Assembly (NCBI RefSeq): GCF_024521635.1
Contig: NW_026250451.1
Location: forward strand, 1-64,000
Origin: Tricharina praecox
Lineage: Eukaryota
Direction of reading: 5' to 3'
DNA length: 64,000 nt
Below, piece after piece: positions 61,874-64,000 of this stretch. The notes under the pieces are model-generated. The model was not told where the DNA came from, ran no database searches, and worked only from the letters and a program-made list of their open reading frames with translations. Positions within the stretch are counted from its first letter, which is position 1. Each line of letters starts with the position of its first letter. A program made the translations under genes and the position numbers.

Positions 61874-62118
61874 ATGGATACTACCACCAGAGCCATGGGA
61901 CCGCCCACCAGAGGCTTCAGGAACGCCTATACTCACGCACCCCAGGGCATCAATCAGTATTACTACGGCCAGAATACTGTTACCTACGATAACCAGATGC
62001 GGTAGGCTAAATCATCGCCGTGCCGATTGACCGGCACGGCGCCACGCGCATGTATGCTGATTGGTTCGTCTTTTACAGCCTCGACATCCAACAGCAACAG
62101 CATCAGCAGCAGCTTCAT

Positions 62119-62150
<32 letters not shown>

Positions 62151-63357
62151 GCGCGGCCCGCAGAATGCCGGCTACCACGGCTACCAGCAGCCTTATCCGG
62201 TTTATAGCAATTATTACACCACCTCAACTCCGGAATCGCCCGTTGCACCGAGCGTTCCATCGCATGGACGTGCCAGGGCAAGGTATGTATCCCACAATCC
62301 TTCCGACCGGCGAGGGAGAGAGAGGGGGAGAGGGAGAGCCCTTGTACTGACCGTTCCCCGCAGCTCGAGGTCCTCGGGGTCATCGGGCGATAGTGCAACA
62401 TCGCCCATGCACGATGGCGGTAGCTCAGACTTCGAAGTGGACGGTGGTGTTGGTAGCAACGCCGTCGCTACCGCTGCCGCCGCCGCCAGGACGATCAAAC
62501 AGGCCAAAAATGGATACCCCTTCCCCGGATATACTCCGGCGGAGGCGCTAGTGGCCGTTGCCTATGCGGAATCCTGTTCCGGGGATACCATGGTTAACGG
62601 AGCTGGTGAGGACCTTTCGCAGAGTCTTGACAGCCAGAGGGGCCAATACAAGGTGGGAGTGCCCAGGACCACCCCCGGCCAGGACACCAATGGCAGCCGG
62701 TCCAAGCGGCGACCCAGCAACCAGGGAATTGAAGGACAGTCCCGTAACCGCAAGTCGTACAAACAGGATACCTATGTTCTCCGCGTGCTGGAGGAGGACG
62801 AGCAGGAGGGCGGGGATGATGGCGAGGAGGGACCGCTCGATCTGTATTCCGAAGAGACGCCCCTCTCGACCCTCCAGCACGACGAGTATAAGGAGATATT
62901 TGCGTCGCTCAACGATCTCTTCTGCCGGACCTCGTACCGCTGGTTGGCACAGTACAAGTTCAGGATTCCAAGGAAGCGATACATGAAGGAGCACACTTCG
63001 CCCTTTGACCGGGAACTGACCGAGTACGTGCAAATCATCAAGAACCTGGTGGAAGGCCGAGAGGTTCCGAGACATGCCGTCTCGGACGAGCGTCTGAACG
63101 AGCTGGTCTCGGTGATGGAGGGTGCTTCCGAGATCCGACACGTCAACATTCACGTGTCGCGGAAGCACAAGCCGGACCGAAGGGTTCTCGGGTTCATCGC
63201 CGCCGTCAATGAGTTTTGCTGGATACTGCGGGACAGCAAAGGCGCCATGGAGACTAACCAGATGTATGCCCGAGTTGAGGACCTGATCTTGAGGAACAGA
63301 AGGAGATTTTCCGAGGACCGAGGAAAGGACTCTTCCCGCCGAGGCACCCCGGAGTAG
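61874..63357 (+). CDS. Uncharacterised protein with polyQ N-terminus and helical C-terminal domain
   Basis: Exon 1 (61874-62001, MDTTTRAMG...DNQM) is joined in frame by intron 62002-62078 (GTAGGC...GCTGAT...ACAG) to ORF 62020-63357. The C-terminal region (NDLFCRTSYRWLAQYKFRIP...ELVSVMEGASEIRH...) looks globular. Confidence 0.8.
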
Positions 63358-64000
63358 AAGGACCCCCCACACCCCCCTCACCTCCGCCTCCGTGAGACGG
63401 ATTTGGAATGGATGCCATTAGATGTTTTTCCATCATCCGAGAGGAGTCACTTGGGATTGGAGTCCGACATACCTAACCCCCGGAAGGAAGGCCAGCCAGG
63501 ATGGACCGTATCCTTTGCCCGGATTTGATAAGATTTGAGAGCCACACCGGAAGGACCCCAGGAAGGACCAAAAGTTTTTGTTTTTTGTTTTCCTTTTCTT
63601 TCTTTCACGTTTTCGGTTTCGGTTTTCATTTTTTCATTTTTTATGTCCTCTTTTGCGTTTGATTTTCGTTTTCATTTGGGTTAGAGCATTGGGAGGGTGG
63701 GATGTTGGGAGGACTATTCGTTTACTGGTCGGAGTTGGGGGTGTTCTCGGACCGGGTTTTGTCTTGCGTTTATCAAGCACCCAGGAATTTGGATATGTGG
63801 AACAGACTTTTACATGCATCTTCTAGGGCGGGTTTATTCTCTAGGTATTACTGTTGGGATAGGAATGGCTGGATACTATCACTCGTTGGTAGGACTGTAC
63901 GGACGCGGAGGTATCAAGGCGCCAGAAACGCTCCGCGGGGCCGAGGGGAGGGGGAGGGAGGGTTGTGGATGTTGGGGAACGGAAGGAAGAGGAATGGTGG

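Overview
Eukaryotic DNA from a filamentous ascomycete. It has short GT-AG introns with CTRAC-type branch sites; Pezizomycetes is my guess. The window is gene-sparse and very rich in microsatellites. About ten protein-coding loci are supportable: a divergent SET-domain gene interrupted by one in-frame TGA; a lactose/cellodextrin-permease-type MFS transporter facing an AA9 LPMO-CBM1 gene; a Ser/Thr/Pro/Tyr-rich GPI cell-wall protein; the fruiting-body regulator pro1 (adv-1/nosA family); an orphan coiled-coil protein; a Cys-rich type I membrane protein; the pH-signalling arrestin palF/RIM8; a Cys/Tyr/Pro-repeat GPI protein frameshifted in a C8 tract; and two uncharacterised proteins. Mobile DNA comprises a gag-only non-LTR-like insertion and a Tc1/mariner-type MITE. 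The most unusual signals are the AUG-free stretches upstream of palF (about 2.0 kb) and pro1 (about 1.3 kb), the SET premature stop that could be repaired by RNA editing, and the C8 frameshift. No tRNA, rRNA or CRISPR array is supported. All exon models and motif scans were done by eye and need confirmation.
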